Source of the DNA: Ylistrum balloti
Lineage: Eukaryota
Reading direction: 5' to 3'
DNA length: 64,000 bases
NCBI RefSeq assembly: GCF_031769215.1
Contig: NW_026782212.1
Span: 496,001-560,000 of the forward strand
Numbering within the stretch: position 1 is the first letter of the stretch; every line of letters begins with the position of its first letter. Positions 1 to 13,090 of this stretch are shown one piece after another. The position numbers and the translations under genes were made by a program. A model generated the notes under the pieces. It had not been told where the DNA came from. It saw nothing but the letters and a program-made list of their open reading frames with translations, and made no database searches.

Positions 1-38
1 TCTAGATTCTAAAGGATTTGGGATAGGTACACCGATGG
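1..38 (+). CDS. GRIK2-like: Gene A: 3' end of an S2 exon entering from the left edge: LDSKGFGIGTPM
   Basis: Frame from base 2 reads LDSKGFGIGTPM + G|GTAAGT. The phase-1 donor joins to AT at 2189 to give Asp. Not in the ORF track. Confidence 0.93.
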
Positions 39-2039
39 GTAAGTGTTTTAAATGTCCTTAATCATTATCTATGGCATGTATGAAAAATAATTCTACAGTT
101 AAAAATTCCGTGAATTAAGAACCAACACTCCATAAAACATTCATCTTTTCATATTGCTCGGAAATAGTATGTGATATTGTCTATATCTTTTACCTTTCAT
201 GTAGAATTGTATAATTGTTTCGACTAGGGCTGTAGCTACTTTTTGTCTGAATTCTAGCACTATGAATAGATATACATTTTCGACAAAAGCTTAAATCACT
301 TATAAATCTGCGGCAGCTGCAGGTGCGTTTTATGAATATCAGGGTGTCTGACAGAATCATAATGGAAGCAGTTAGATCGTTTTATTTAAATGCAGAATCC
401 ACTGATGGACTTTTTAAAACGTATTTTATTAAATTTGTTGAAAAACGTATACGTTTCATTTCGACACAAATAAAACTGTGAATGATGTTAAATAGATATA
501 TCCACTTGTTGGATGATAAAATGTCTTTTTACACTTCCTTTACTTAAGCAGTTCTGTCTTATCTCACCATAAACCCAGCGGCAATGTAGCACCATTGAGT
601 TTCATAGTCATTATCAAAATATAGCACTCCTGTTATTGAATATAGATATATGACTCCAAATCTATGTCTGTTATTCTTACTGTAATTGTGAGTCACTTGA
701 AATGGTTTAAGTCATACTAATAGGTCGCTTTCACTTTGATTTTGTTTTACTTATAAACATATGGAGTGTCCTTATCATTGTTTGAATAGTCTAGGATGAA
801 AACATGTATTTCTAGAGGAACTCCTACGTTTTATAACTAAGTTTAATTATTATTCTTCTGTCTTTTAATCACGTGGTACATCAGTGATAACGGAAATTAG
901 TGTTGGTATAAGAACACGCAGAATGCCATTCATATCCGCAAGGGTTCGGATTGAAGTCGTTATACCCGACAAAAGTGATGAACCTGGCGCAAACGTTATC
1001 TGTCTATTTGGCTTGTTACACCAATTCATTTTATTATTCTTTATCGGTACAGGAAGTAACTATTTCGCACATAAAAATAAAAGACTAAGCTGTTGAGCAT
1101 CAAAGATGAAAATAAAGGCATAATATATATGTCATAATGACGTCGGGGACCTAAGTGCGGTTTATAATGTCACGCCGACTAATATAGAAACATGAATGAC
1201 GTGACACCAGCTATTCTACAGAATACACATAGTTTATCTGACGAAAGATATATATTTCATATGTCAATATTTCCAATTGTCCAGGTCGGATAATGTATCG
1301 TCACGTGCAGTTTGGTATATAACAAAGGGACTACGTATTCTTACATTTTAGCAATAGGACCATATGGTCCCCAAAATGTGAGATATATGTCTCCAAGGAT
1401 GATTGAGATATTCTCATTTAGGCATTACATTTGTCACTAAGTTGTTTATTTTTGTACATAATTAAAAAAATAGATAGATTTGTTGATTATTATGAATTTT
1501 GCCTATTTGTTTCTTTTGAAGTCAAGATAATATTTCATCAATCTCCAGAACACAAGTCAACATTTTTATAGAAATAGAGAACTTTTTTTATTTCGATCTA
1601 CGGTTTTCTATCGACGTGGTTGGAAAATACAAATATTTCCCTTTCAAGTGAATAAGACACCATATCGACCGGAATCAACGCCTAAAATTGGCAAGAATAT
1701 CTATAGTTGTGAGTTTGAATTTTGCAAGATCATTTTATCATTAAGCTAAACAAGACATACGAGGAGTATAGCGCCAAACAACGTTATGTAAAAACTTAAT
1801 CTCATATATCTAGAATATAAAATATTAGTTATCGAAATTATGTTATATAGAGATGAAGGAGGTCATCATTTGCATGGATTAAACCTCTGTCTAACGCATT
1901 ACTGGAAGCACATATCATTATCTGTATCACCAGATTTATATCTTTGTCCTTTGTATTATGTTTTTCCTATTTAATATATATTCATATTTATTTCTGTCAA
2001 AATAAAGCTCAGATATTGATTTTATGAAAAAAGAGAAAC

Positions 2040-2165
2040 TCAAATTCATTAAAACTAGGACAAAATATGAACAAAAAGAAAGATTTTCACAGAGACGCCT
2101 GAACAAGGTCAAGGTAAATTAGATGAGATATTCCGGAAATGTACGAATCGTCTGTTTCATTGATA
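2040..2165 (+). repeat. Same family, partial copy abutting the gene A M4-exon acceptor
   Basis: AAAACTAGGACAAAATATGAACAAAAAGAAAGATTTTCACAGAGACGCCTGAA matches the 10420 and 38110 copies. Confidence 0.65.
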
Positions 2166-2188
2166 CTATTACACAATCTTTCCCACAG

Positions 2189-2448
2189 ATTCTCCATTGC
2201 GAGACCGGTTGTCAATGGCCATTCTACAGATGCAGGAGGAGGGCCGAATACAGCTATTATACAACAAGTGGTGGAAGAGCACGGGCAAGTGTAGCCGTGA
2301 GGAGCAGAAGGAGTCCAAGGCTAACGCCCTTGGTGTGGAGAACGTTGGAGGTATCTTCGTCGTGTTACTTGGTGGTCTGGCGCTGGCCGTCTTTGTCGCC
2401 ATTTTAGAGTTCCTTTGGAAATCCAGGCGAAACGCCCGAGAAGACAGG
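2189..2448 (+). CDS. GRIK2-like: Gene A: end of S2 and M4 exon: (D)SPLRDRLSMAILQMQEEG...WWKSTGKC...GIFVVLLGG...KSRRNAREDR
   Basis: Acceptor tttcccacag, donor AGG|GTAAGT; same boundaries and phases as gene B exon 14. Confidence 0.97.
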
Positions 2449-3679
2449 GTAAGTGTAGTAAAGAGTTCACTTCGTCCTTGACATAATTTTCCTATATTGA
2501 TTACATGAGTTTAATCTAATGTAAATTTTATATTACTCCTGGGACTGTAAATCTAATGTGGATGTCGTCTTATTTTACAAGTATTTGGCGATATAAGTCA
2601 TATACATTTATATTTCAATCGTACATTGACTATCATATCGGTATCAGTATCATATAGCAAACGTACATTCTGGAGTAATAAACATTAATAACACTTCTAT
2701 CGAATTAATCTATATCCTTATAATCTTCAACCAACATCATCTATATACTTGTCAACACATATATTACAAACAAAAATAGTAAAAGTCTGAAAATGAATAC
2801 TCTGAATCTCAGCAATTTTTTTAATAAGATGGTGGAAGTAAATGGAAACATTAAATCTTTGCCATGAAGTTGTAATATTGGTCGTAAAGGCACTTTAACA
2901 GTTAGCAATGATTGACCCGTACAAAGAACGCATTTTTCTCGGTTACTTTAGTGTGGACGTGTTTATGACTGGAAAGGTCAAAGGGTAAGCAAATCGATGC
3001 CACAAACTGCTTTTTCAATTTATTTTGTATACTTAAAATTCAAAAACATATGTAATTATTAAATTTTCAATTCTTCTTCAGTTGCTCAAATTGAGACTCC
3101 TTTAAGCGAAGGAAATATTTTCATATTTTTTTTTCAATTATATATCACTGTTTCTTTTACACCTTATTTATTTTACAACAATTAAGAAACAGCTCTATAC
3201 ATCATCACTTTCTGTTAGCCTAAATGACGAGAGCGCTAGGTGTGGATATGAAGAAAAACCCCAAAGAAATTGAAGCGTCTACATACTTCAGCACGTGAAT
3301 CTATACATTATTTTGTCAGCTCAGGGACACAAACAGCAGACGTCTTTCTGAGAGAGGTGTTAATGTGATACAAACTAGGTCACAAGACCTGCTACTTCAC
3401 TCACTTACTGTATATTTATTAGTCAATTTGAAACGTACAAAACAAATTAATTATCGGTTTCTCTTCACTGTTGAATATTTGTTTTATTATTAGGTAACTG
3501 AAATATTTGAGAAATTACCAGCATCCATCTACCTTTGTGGAATATGTTTTCTGCAGCTGCTTGATTGCCTAATACGTAAAAGTTTTGTTCATTCGAAACA
3601 TTGTTTAAACAAATTAAGTCAGGTAAAAAGTTTTTAAAAAATACAACCGACGAAATTATCGAAAAATCGACAGAATCTG

Positions 3680-3930
3680 AAATCAAATTCAAATTTAAAT
3701 TCGATGAAACGATGTATGATAAATGAAAATTTCCTCGATAACTTGCAAACAAATATTGGGGGAAAAGACCAGGTGTTTCAGAATTGTACGTCTTATGCTT
3801 CATCAACGATACCCGCCATGTAAAGCTTGGTCAATTCTAGTGAACGACGGAGCGTCTTCCTATGTTTACAAAGTAAACAATAACGGAACCACAGCCATAA
3901 TAACAAGCACCAAATACATACCACCATATA
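3680..3930 (+). repeat. Unclassified short interspersed family, copy (core AAGACCAGGTG...TCTTCTGCT.CATC.ACGA.ACCCGC.ATGTAAA..TTGGTC)
   Basis: Colinear similarity by eye to 35840-36070, including the downstream AACGGAACC..AGCACCAAA block. Confidence 0.7.
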
Positions 3931-4364
3931 TCGCACAACGGAAAAGCATATTTTCCAACGAGATCATCATACCTAATTAGCGCCATCAACCTGCTTATCT
4001 CGAAACCATATTTTGCTAGTTTATTTGGTCTGTTGACGACATATTGTACAAAAATCGTGATATTTTGGATCATGTCCTTGAATAATTAATCGACTGCGAC
4101 ATTTAAACCCGAAAGGTTGGGAAAACAGGCGAGGTACTATCCAGAAATAGAATTTCTGGAAAATTGAAATATTTACGCTTGTCATGCAGCTGATTGTAAA
4201 GCTGTCCTTTGTTTTAAGGTCGTCGAATTGATCTCATTGAAAAAAAAAAATATTCTGCTTCTTTGGCAATATGAAGCTGAACGTATTTGGTGCTCGTTAC
4301 TTTGCCTGTTAGTCCGTTGTTGTTTACCTTCTTCTCATATGAGAACTTGACATTACTTACTCTT

Positions 4365-4600
4365 ATGACCACGATTTACATGGCGAATGTAGTTGATGCA
4401 GCAGAAGACGCTTAGTCTTTTTGAACATATGGTCTTATTCTCCTTGGATTTTTTTCATGAATATCCGTGCAAATTTCTCCTTTATCGATATTTTCTCAAA
4501 ATTAATTGAATTTGAGTGGATTATGATCACACGACATGTTGGTATTCTCTTGTTGTTTCTTGTAGGACAAGTTCGAGGCAGGTGACTGATATAGAAGTGT
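4365..4600 (-). repeat. Same family, inverted copy
   Basis: The reverse complement contains GGAGAATAAGACCA and TAAGCGTCTTCTGCT, shared with 38170-38220. Confidence 0.7.
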
Positions 4601-7600
4601 CTATCGTTTGAGGTGTCCTGATATAATGTGTCATAAAATTAGTTATATCAAATCTGATAAGGAAACGATAAAGGTTACACTGAATAATGGTAGCGTTCAG
4701 ACAGAAAAAAGATCATATGGCTTTAAAATATGAAATTATTTATCCTTTATCTGTGTCCACTACCATGCATATAATGATATCCCTGTTTAACAAAAATGCC
4801 TTGTTAATTGCAACATACAGTGTTGATTCACACAACGCACCAAAAACATAGTGTACGTATATCAATCGTGCATACATCCTCCGCATACCCTCAACACACA
4901 CACAATTCAGTATCTAGCGCACAACTCAGAGATAGGATCTCCCATTTTGTTAAAAAGGATTTAATAGTACAAATCGAAATTTAAACGGAAAACTCGTGGA
5001 GTAATAGAAATTGACTTACAACTGGATCCTGATTTAACCTGTCCCTTCAGTGAATACATCTCAATAGATGGCGAGTGATGTGCCCCGGACAAAAAAGAAA
5101 GAGAGAAAAATTATTCGGAAAATAACTTGATAGGACTGTACAAGCTTGATATGTTCTAACGAACCCTTAAATTCTACCTTAATGTTGAATGCGAGTATTA
5201 CAGAATGAATATAAAGGACAATTTAAATAGATAGACATATTTATAGTGTAGATATGCTGAGTGTTTGTACCGAAGACTGGTCACGTGTGGTATTTTGTTA
5301 ACAAGTTTTCACAAATGATTATTTTTTCAGTCTGTACCTGATATATCTTCATGTGTCTAATACATACATATATGGCCTAATTTAAAAAATACATTAAGTT
5401 GTTATTTATATCTAGAAAATAAATAAGACATACGCCACACTTTATAAGTCCCATCTAAACATAAGATCGCACAGATCATGGACTCGGGAGTGGGAGAGCA
5501 TATTTCGACCACTAACGTGCGCACATTGTAATGACATATAACGCTTGTCGCACTTTGTGCAACGCTGTGCGATCACACAACATGACATCATGCTCTTAAA
5601 TAGACATAAGAAACACGATTCAGAGAGGTAGCCGACTTATTTATGATCCGAATATCACAATCGAATAACATACATTGGAATACTGATACCTTCTCCGAAG
5701 TATTTTTTAATCCATTCATATCCACCAGTATCAAATTCGCCCTAAAATACATGAACAATTTTACACAAACGTTCACTTTCACCTTTTTGGCAAAAACGAT
5801 GTCTATTATACTATCTTCACATATCTAGTTTACAAACACTTTAAACCACAGTGACAACCTGATCGGATTTCTACTTATGGGATCAGCGTGCGAGGCTGCA
5901 AATCCAGACTGATGGATGATGTATCCATTTATCATGGAAGCTCTGTGTAAATGTAAAGTGCCACCAAAATAAATTCATGAAAATTCTGTTTATCTATTAC
6001 ATTTTATGCAATAAGTCGAAGGAAGGCCCTTAGTGTATGAACGATAAAAGGCATCGTTACTTTGCTGGTGTTTTTATCTATTTGTTTGTTGGCTGAATGT
6101 ATCAACGTAAAATTAAGCATTTTATTAGCAACCGCAAAATGTTTCATGGAATCAGCATTTGGGAAACTGTTGTTGGCCCTCTAAGGTACCTAAAGAGTAA
6201 AGAAAAAATGCACACGTAATAATTAATTAAAAATCAACTCAGTTGTTATTTTTTAACAGTATCGCTATGCTAACTATTGAAAAAAAGTAAGTTTGGTATG
6301 ATTTGGAAACGAATGTATCCAAGTTCTAACTGTCAAGACGTCCATGCATATTTCGCATCAACAATGGAAAAAATGTCTACGATTCTGAAGAAGAAAATTC
6401 TGCGCTAATTAGTAAAGCAACCAAAAATTTATTTGTCATTAACTAATTTGAAGCGAAATTTGAACATACTTAATCATTCTATTGAAAACTATGTATCCGC
6501 CCATTCTGTGCTATGGCGGATCACGAGTTAATCTGATTCATTTAGATACGACATTTTACTTAAACCTTAAATAAATGCCTTTGGTCACAAGGGCCATGTT
6601 ATAGTAGTTAGTAACGCCTACCAAATATGTTGGCAATCAAAGATATCATCAAAACTGTCAACGCCCATTCTGATTGTTCATAAATGGATTTGACCAATTC
6701 AGTAAAATTTGCACGAAACGAGGTTTTGATCAATCTGATTAAGTTCACTTTTTCCAGAAATCTTCACTGAGATGATATTTCTGTTAAGAATAGCATGCAC
6801 AGAAAAGTTTATTGCAACTTTTTAGCAGTGTATTTTTATATCACCTATATACAGGTTGCAGTAATTGGAAGGTTCTTAGCTTTGAATGTTGAAAAAAGCT
6901 ACATTTTAGTGCCACTGGTCTCTGAAGATTTATTGTTTCTATGTGTGAGAGTAGTTCCTATTAATTTTTTAGCAAAAACTTTCTGTAATTTGGTTGTTTC
7001 TACCACACTGTTAGTTTTTGATATCCACTGTTACAAAAGGGGTAGACATATGTCGAGATATTTGTTTTTCTTCAATGTCTTGATCATAAAGAAAGTCAGA
7101 AGCTACTTTCCCGAATTTTATACAAATTAAGATAGTTTTACTTGTTTTCATTCAGATAGCCAACATTTCAAAACATAAAAAGTAAATAAATAAATAAAAT
7201 GAATATTTTTATCTGAAATTAGTTTGAGGTTTGCGATGTTTTTTCCAAGACAAACAATGGCTAAATCCATTTCGAATTGATTATTTTTTTATATTACCAG
7301 GTTTTTTTCAACATGCATGACTCTATTTGCTACTTTCCTATGACAAAACTCTTGGTAATATCTATGAAAAGGTATAAATTGTCACAATTGAATTTGTGTA
7401 TTATAAGAACTTTGTGACATAGTAAAATATTCGCTGGTTCATTCAAACACAAATAGTTCATAGAAGGCTTTTCAATAAAAGGCTTAACAGACAGATAACG
7501 AAATGATAAATACTAGCTTCACTTTCATCCTTCTAGCACTTCACAATTATGCATAGGGCCTAATATTTTAATGATGAATCGACGTTTATTCTAATGCCAA

Positions 7601-8901
7601 GGTAACAATCTAGAGATGCACTAATTATAATTAACAGTATTGAATGATTTCAAAAGAATGTCAGGTCCAAAATAATACCTGTGTAATTTAGATAACAGTT
7701 TTACTTTCTATAGATATTAAGTTATGCAAAATCTCCAATGAAATACTTGTATTTCAAATTTGAAATATTGAGTCTCATTGAAAATAAGAGGAAATTATAA
7801 CAAAAATGTGGCTAGTAATCACATTGAAAATAAAATATGTGCGACTAATGGTGGGATTGTGATTAGCTTAATCTTTATTTCAGTGTATGACGTTAGCTGA
7901 AACTTCAATTTCAACATACACCAACTGAATATAAGACTGAAAATAAAGGTGGTCCGGCGAATTAGCATAAGTCATACAGTTCACGTCATCAACAATATTC
8001 AATACTTATATATGATCTTTTAGGAAAAGTTAAATGTAGCGAGGAAAATATATTCAAAATACAATTTTATCAAAACAATAAATATCGGCGAAGGGTGAAG
8101 ACATTAGGGTCTGTTTGATTAAGATTTTTTATCTTATTTTTCTTTTTTTTTTTTTTTTTTGTAAAGTCGGAATTTGACACCTCTTTGTGTAGACTGTGTT
8201 TTGGAGTTACAATTTTCTTATGCTAGCCCCCATTACGTATCTACTTAATTAAGCATTCTCATAAGAAATGAAGAAGAAAGCGCGGGATATAACGAACGTT
8301 GCCCTCGAATCAATTAGTGTTTGCTGGGAATCCTGCCAGTTAATAGAAATAAAATTTGCTAAAACGATGGCATTGCTTATATACCTTTACATGAGGTAAT
8401 TGTTTCTAGGTCTCTTATTAAATGCATGTCAGGCCGCCCGCAATTACTCCGTTCAGACAATTTCCTGACGAGAGAAAGCTCCCCGTCCAATGAAATGAGA
8501 ACATTTTGTTACATTCTTTCTGTTCTTATAGTTTCAGTTAATCATATAATTCTGTATTTTATCATGACATTATCAAAAATGATAGAACATTAGACTTAGG
8601 TAATGTTCTAACTTAATATGAATCGTGACCTTTCTTTGTTGTTTGTGACTAAGAGATATCGCGGCTTCAGAGGCATTGTGTTTAGATAAAACAGTAGAAT
8701 GTTAAAATGTCGTATATCTCTAGTTCCCTTTGACTGATTGTTTTATTTTCATTTTAAAAATATTTCACATTTCCCAAGTCCACGTTAAGAAACTGTCTAT
8801 TAATCTTACGCTAGTATGATTTAATGTTTCTCCCTGAAACTTCAGTCATTAAGCCTAACGTAATCATACAAAGTATACATTGTAACAAATTTCTTAATCG
8901 G

Positions 8902-8909
8902 TGACGTCA
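8902..8909. promoter_or_regulatory. Perfect CRE palindrome TGACGTCA (within GTGACGTCAC) in the gene A last intron
   Basis: Motif match only; an 8-mer can occur by chance in 64 kb. Confidence 0.2.
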
Positions 8910-10345
8910 CATTGTTTTACGACGCGGCAATGTTGATGAACGGGTATGAAATACAGTTAACCTTGTACAATACTTTCACGCAATACATGTGTGTGGTATG
9001 CGTTTAATTTTCATCATCACAATACGTATGAATGATAATTTTCTATCCAAGAGTCCAGCAACTCGACTCTGTTGATGCAGTCAATTTCTATTTATGGTAG
9101 TTAGTATCCCGAGAGTAATTTTATGTGTCCCACAACAGTTTTGTTGTTTTTTGTTGAATTCATATCGTATTTCTATTATTTATACAACAGCCAATGCCTT
9201 TTTGAAACGAAATATGGAAGACTTCTGGCTTGTTATTACGACTGTTGTCATAGACCCGTGTACAACGAACGAAAAAGAGTTCGATTCATGTTGAGTAACA
9301 TTAACATCGATGCCGACTTTTCAAAAGAGGAAACATTTGTGTCATTAGTAGACAGAAGAAATCCAACAATCTGAATTCTACTGTCCACTTGAATATTTTC
9401 AATGATAAATCATATAAATGTTCATATGGACATTATTTTTTAATGGTTTAGACAATGCTCTTTCTGGCAATATAAATTTGGTATCACACAATGTCATTTT
9501 TAGGTTGCACCAATCGAGAGCAGATGTCGATGATAATGTTGCTCCAAATTCCTGTCACGTAACTTTACGCTAATTGCATATGAACCGAAAAAGTCACTAT
9601 GATATCAGGTGTGATACATATCAACTACATCATTGTCTATGAGGCCTGGATCTGGTATGACCTGATAAATTAAGTCATTGGATAAAAGGTGTTGTATTTT
9701 CAACAGGAAAATACTGAACAGCAACATCGATGGTGATGCGTAAAACCATATTACCATATTAGTTACTTAATGGTAAAATCATTTATGAATTTAGCTAAAG
9801 AAATTTAAGCAGTTTTAGAAACAATACAAGTGCAACGCTACTTGCAATACTTTTATACTGCATATGGGCCAAAATTTAGATTAAGATAGCGAACAACGTG
9901 TGTTTTGATATCTCACAAGGCAAAGCAAATGTTGTGTTCTGAAAGCAAATGAAGACATTTATTGGTCGGTTGGGATTTGGATGAACCAAGTAAATGTCAT
10001 ATCTTTCTTAATCGTCATTTTCAACACATCGTAATGCGAAAAGCATGACGTACTGTTTGTCAACGCTAAACTTTCTTTATTGACATTATTGCATTGAGTA
10101 AAGGTCTTAACATTTAGCATTTATGATCCTTAAAACCATTGCGATTGTTTTAACATTTAGTGCTGGCTTTCCGTATATCAGTTGAAGCCAGATAGCGTTG
10201 GCTTTATGCATTCAAAAGTATCAAATAAAGCTTGACTAATGATCGCAGTTACAGATCTTAATATTTATCATAAGAAATATATTTGTACTTTATGCTTTTG
10301 ACAAAGCTTGACCGATTCCTGGTATCTGTATTGCTTTCAATTATT

Positions 10346-10365
10346 TGTGTGTGTGTGTGTGTGTG
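10346..10365. repeat. (TG)10 microsatellite
   Basis: Direct reading. Confidence 0.95.
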
Positions 10366-10419
10366 TTTGCATGTTGCTAAAAACAACAAGAACATGACTA
10401 CATGTCATCATTATCATAT

Positions 10420-10575
10420 TCCAAACTGTAAGGCAATAAATCTAGTGCAAAATATGAACAAAAGAAAGATTTACACGGAGACTCCTGAAGAAGCAGAATA
10501 ATACCAGTTGATCCGATAGAGTAGATGTATTCTGCTTTATCGACGACACCCACTATGTAAATCTTGGTCAAGATG
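10420..10575 (+). repeat. Same family, copy
   Basis: AATATGAACAAAAGAAAGATTTACACGGAGACTCCTGAA...TCTGCTTTATCGACGACACCCACTATGTAAATCTTGGTC. Confidence 0.7.
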
Positions 10576-12294
10576 TAAGTAATGTTATCTTTCCAAATAA
10601 GAATAAAACAACGGAATCGACAGACAAACAAACAAACATCAATCATGTCAAGCTTTATATCACACAAAGAAACCAAACAACTTTCGATGAGATCATTATG
10701 ATGACCGTAACACCTCCCTATAATTTTTATCACAATACATCTCTCGAAACCCTGTGTTGCAAATATGTCGATCTTTTGTCGACATTTCCCCCCGAAAATC
10801 GTGATATTGGGAACAGGTCTTTGAAAACTTCAGATTTACCTTTGTGGTCATGAAAACGTTGCGGTGTTGGAAGATCGTGTTTATATAAATGGCTAGCTAA
10901 GATGTTCTGTGCTATATATCAGCTTTAACTTATTTGTTTATCCAATTTAAGAGCTTTGGCATAAATTGTTAATATCTGTCGCTGTAAGTCAAATGCTTGA
11001 ATTATAGCTTTCTTTTATATACCTGGCAATTTGTTTGTACGATATTGTCGTCGCAATGCAGTTTTTGACAGTAACTTTCTGTAATAATTATTTAAGCTCA
11101 TTGTTGATATAAGGATATTTTTGCATAACATCGTTGTCGAAGGCAACGGCAAGATGCTTTCTTTTTTTGTTTGCCCCATAGCTTCGCGACCATGGGACAA
11201 CAGTATCACACTTTAATGTCTTTCGATCCTATTATCGAACAGCATACGTCATATAATAGTTAGGAAAATGGTCATATCTGATTGATGATTGCTGTATACC
11301 TGTATACCTCCACCATCAAGCACAACAACATTAAAAATTAATTTCTCGTGAAACTTATTCGTGTAATAACATCATCCACGATCTATTTTATGGATTCTCT
11401 AAAATTGAGACGTATGTACAATTTCCATAAATCTGGTAATAAAGTTCACCTATACATCAACACAAAACCTATATAGAGATCTGTTGCATTACAATTCTGA
11501 TATACACTCAATGACACCTATTGTGATGGAGAGGCTCTCATACCAATAAACAGATCTCGTAAGTCAAAAGCATCTTTTTTCCAGCAACTGAAGTGTAATG
11601 TTCACCTATTTTGTTTCTTAAATTGACATGTCACATACTTATATATATATAAATACAATACCATTATATATGTCGGTGAACCAACCAACCATTGTATGGT
11701 TATCAACAGGAAGTGTTAACTGGACCACGAGACCATGTTTTCGTTTTCTTTCAGTTTAATATGATTTTACTGTGGATGTTGATGTTCGAAATATTAATAA
11801 GTTGTACATTCTTGATATATATTCGGCATTTCATTCTCCGTACATTTACTACACATTCACGTACTATTGATAAGATCACTTGCTTTATTTTGTGCTTAAC
11901 TGCATTTTTCACTTTTGATTTATCGCTTTCAATGCAAACATTTGCCAACTAAATGTATTATATGACATGGATTGTATTAAAAACATACATATATAAACAC
12001 AATTATTTTTGTACATTTAGCTTCAATGCAGAATATAAAAAAAAATTGTGAAATATAAATAGCATAACGATAAGTTATTTAGATGAACAATAACTGCATC
12101 GTTTTGAAAGTGCACATCCCTTTACTCACCATCCTCTATGCTGCTTAATCACGTGAATCGCACAGTTAACCTTTCGTCAGCAACCACCACAACAGTCTTA
12201 TTAATGGTGTGTTGTAAAGTATCGAAATTTTAATTGTTTAAATGTTCTTGAATTCTTATCATTTGATTAATATTGTTGTTTTATTATATTACAG

Positions 12295-12561
12295 CAATCC
12301 ATATGTTCAGAGATGGCAGAGGAGCTAAGATTCGCTGTTCGATGTCATGGATCTTCCAAAAAGCCTAAATTTAAACGGACTTGTGCAAAGTGCAAGAAAA
12401 GACACATAACGCATTGCCCACTAACAGAGGTTCAAGTGGACTCGCCAAACGGCATGTTGACTTTACGCGAAATGAAGAAATCCCCAAATCAGCCGTCTAA
12501 GGAATTTCAGTTCGGCGAAGGAGGTTACCTTCACGTTGACTACAGTGATACAGATACGTAG
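12295..12561 (+). CDS. GRIK2-like: Gene A last coding exon (C-tail): QSICSEMAEELRFAVRCHGSSKK...YSDTDT*
   Basis: Acceptor ttattatattacag; phase 0 matches the donor at 2449; the first 23 aa are homologous to the gene B last exon. Confidence 0.92.
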   Translation, partial: QSICSEMAEELRFAVRCHGSSKKPKFKRTCAKCKKRHITHCPLTEVQVDSPNGMLTLREMKKSPNQPSKEFQFGEGGYLHVDYSDTDT

Positions 12562-13090
12562 CGACTGCTACAGTTGTAGATATGTACATCGGTATCACAT
12601 AGTTTCAATGACAGCTGGTCTGCCATATTGAATATGTGATGTCCTTGGTTTATTTAAGGTTCGAGGACATAATTGGCTCATACATCAATTAATCACTTGG
12701 GGTAAAGAGGAGTTGATTCCATAGTTTTCTTTTAATTAAGTCAGTAGTACATGATATTTACGAGATGAACTCCAATTAGCTGCAGTCCCTATTCATATTG
12801 ATTAGAACCAAGAAGTTGGATTTGGCTGAAAGACTTTGTAGATGACGATTTGCTTCAGTAATCGGGAAGTGCCTTATGGTATTAGCCCTACTGTAAAACC
12901 TAGACTTGTAAGATAATATAACATATTCTTGACATAGATGATTAATGACTGGACGTCAATGATGCTTGCAATTGTTCTAAGCGGGTCTAACAATTCAACA
13001 CCCCAAGTTCAAATCAAGACACAATATCATGCTGATACATGTTTATAAAATATCTTCGACCACTGCTTTAACTTAAATATGAATGAAATA

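Noticed and set aside
39-2188. Flip/flop-like duplicated S2 exon in either gene
   Set aside because: No second copy of the S2/M4 exon was seen in the flanking introns (39-2188, 25465-26072).
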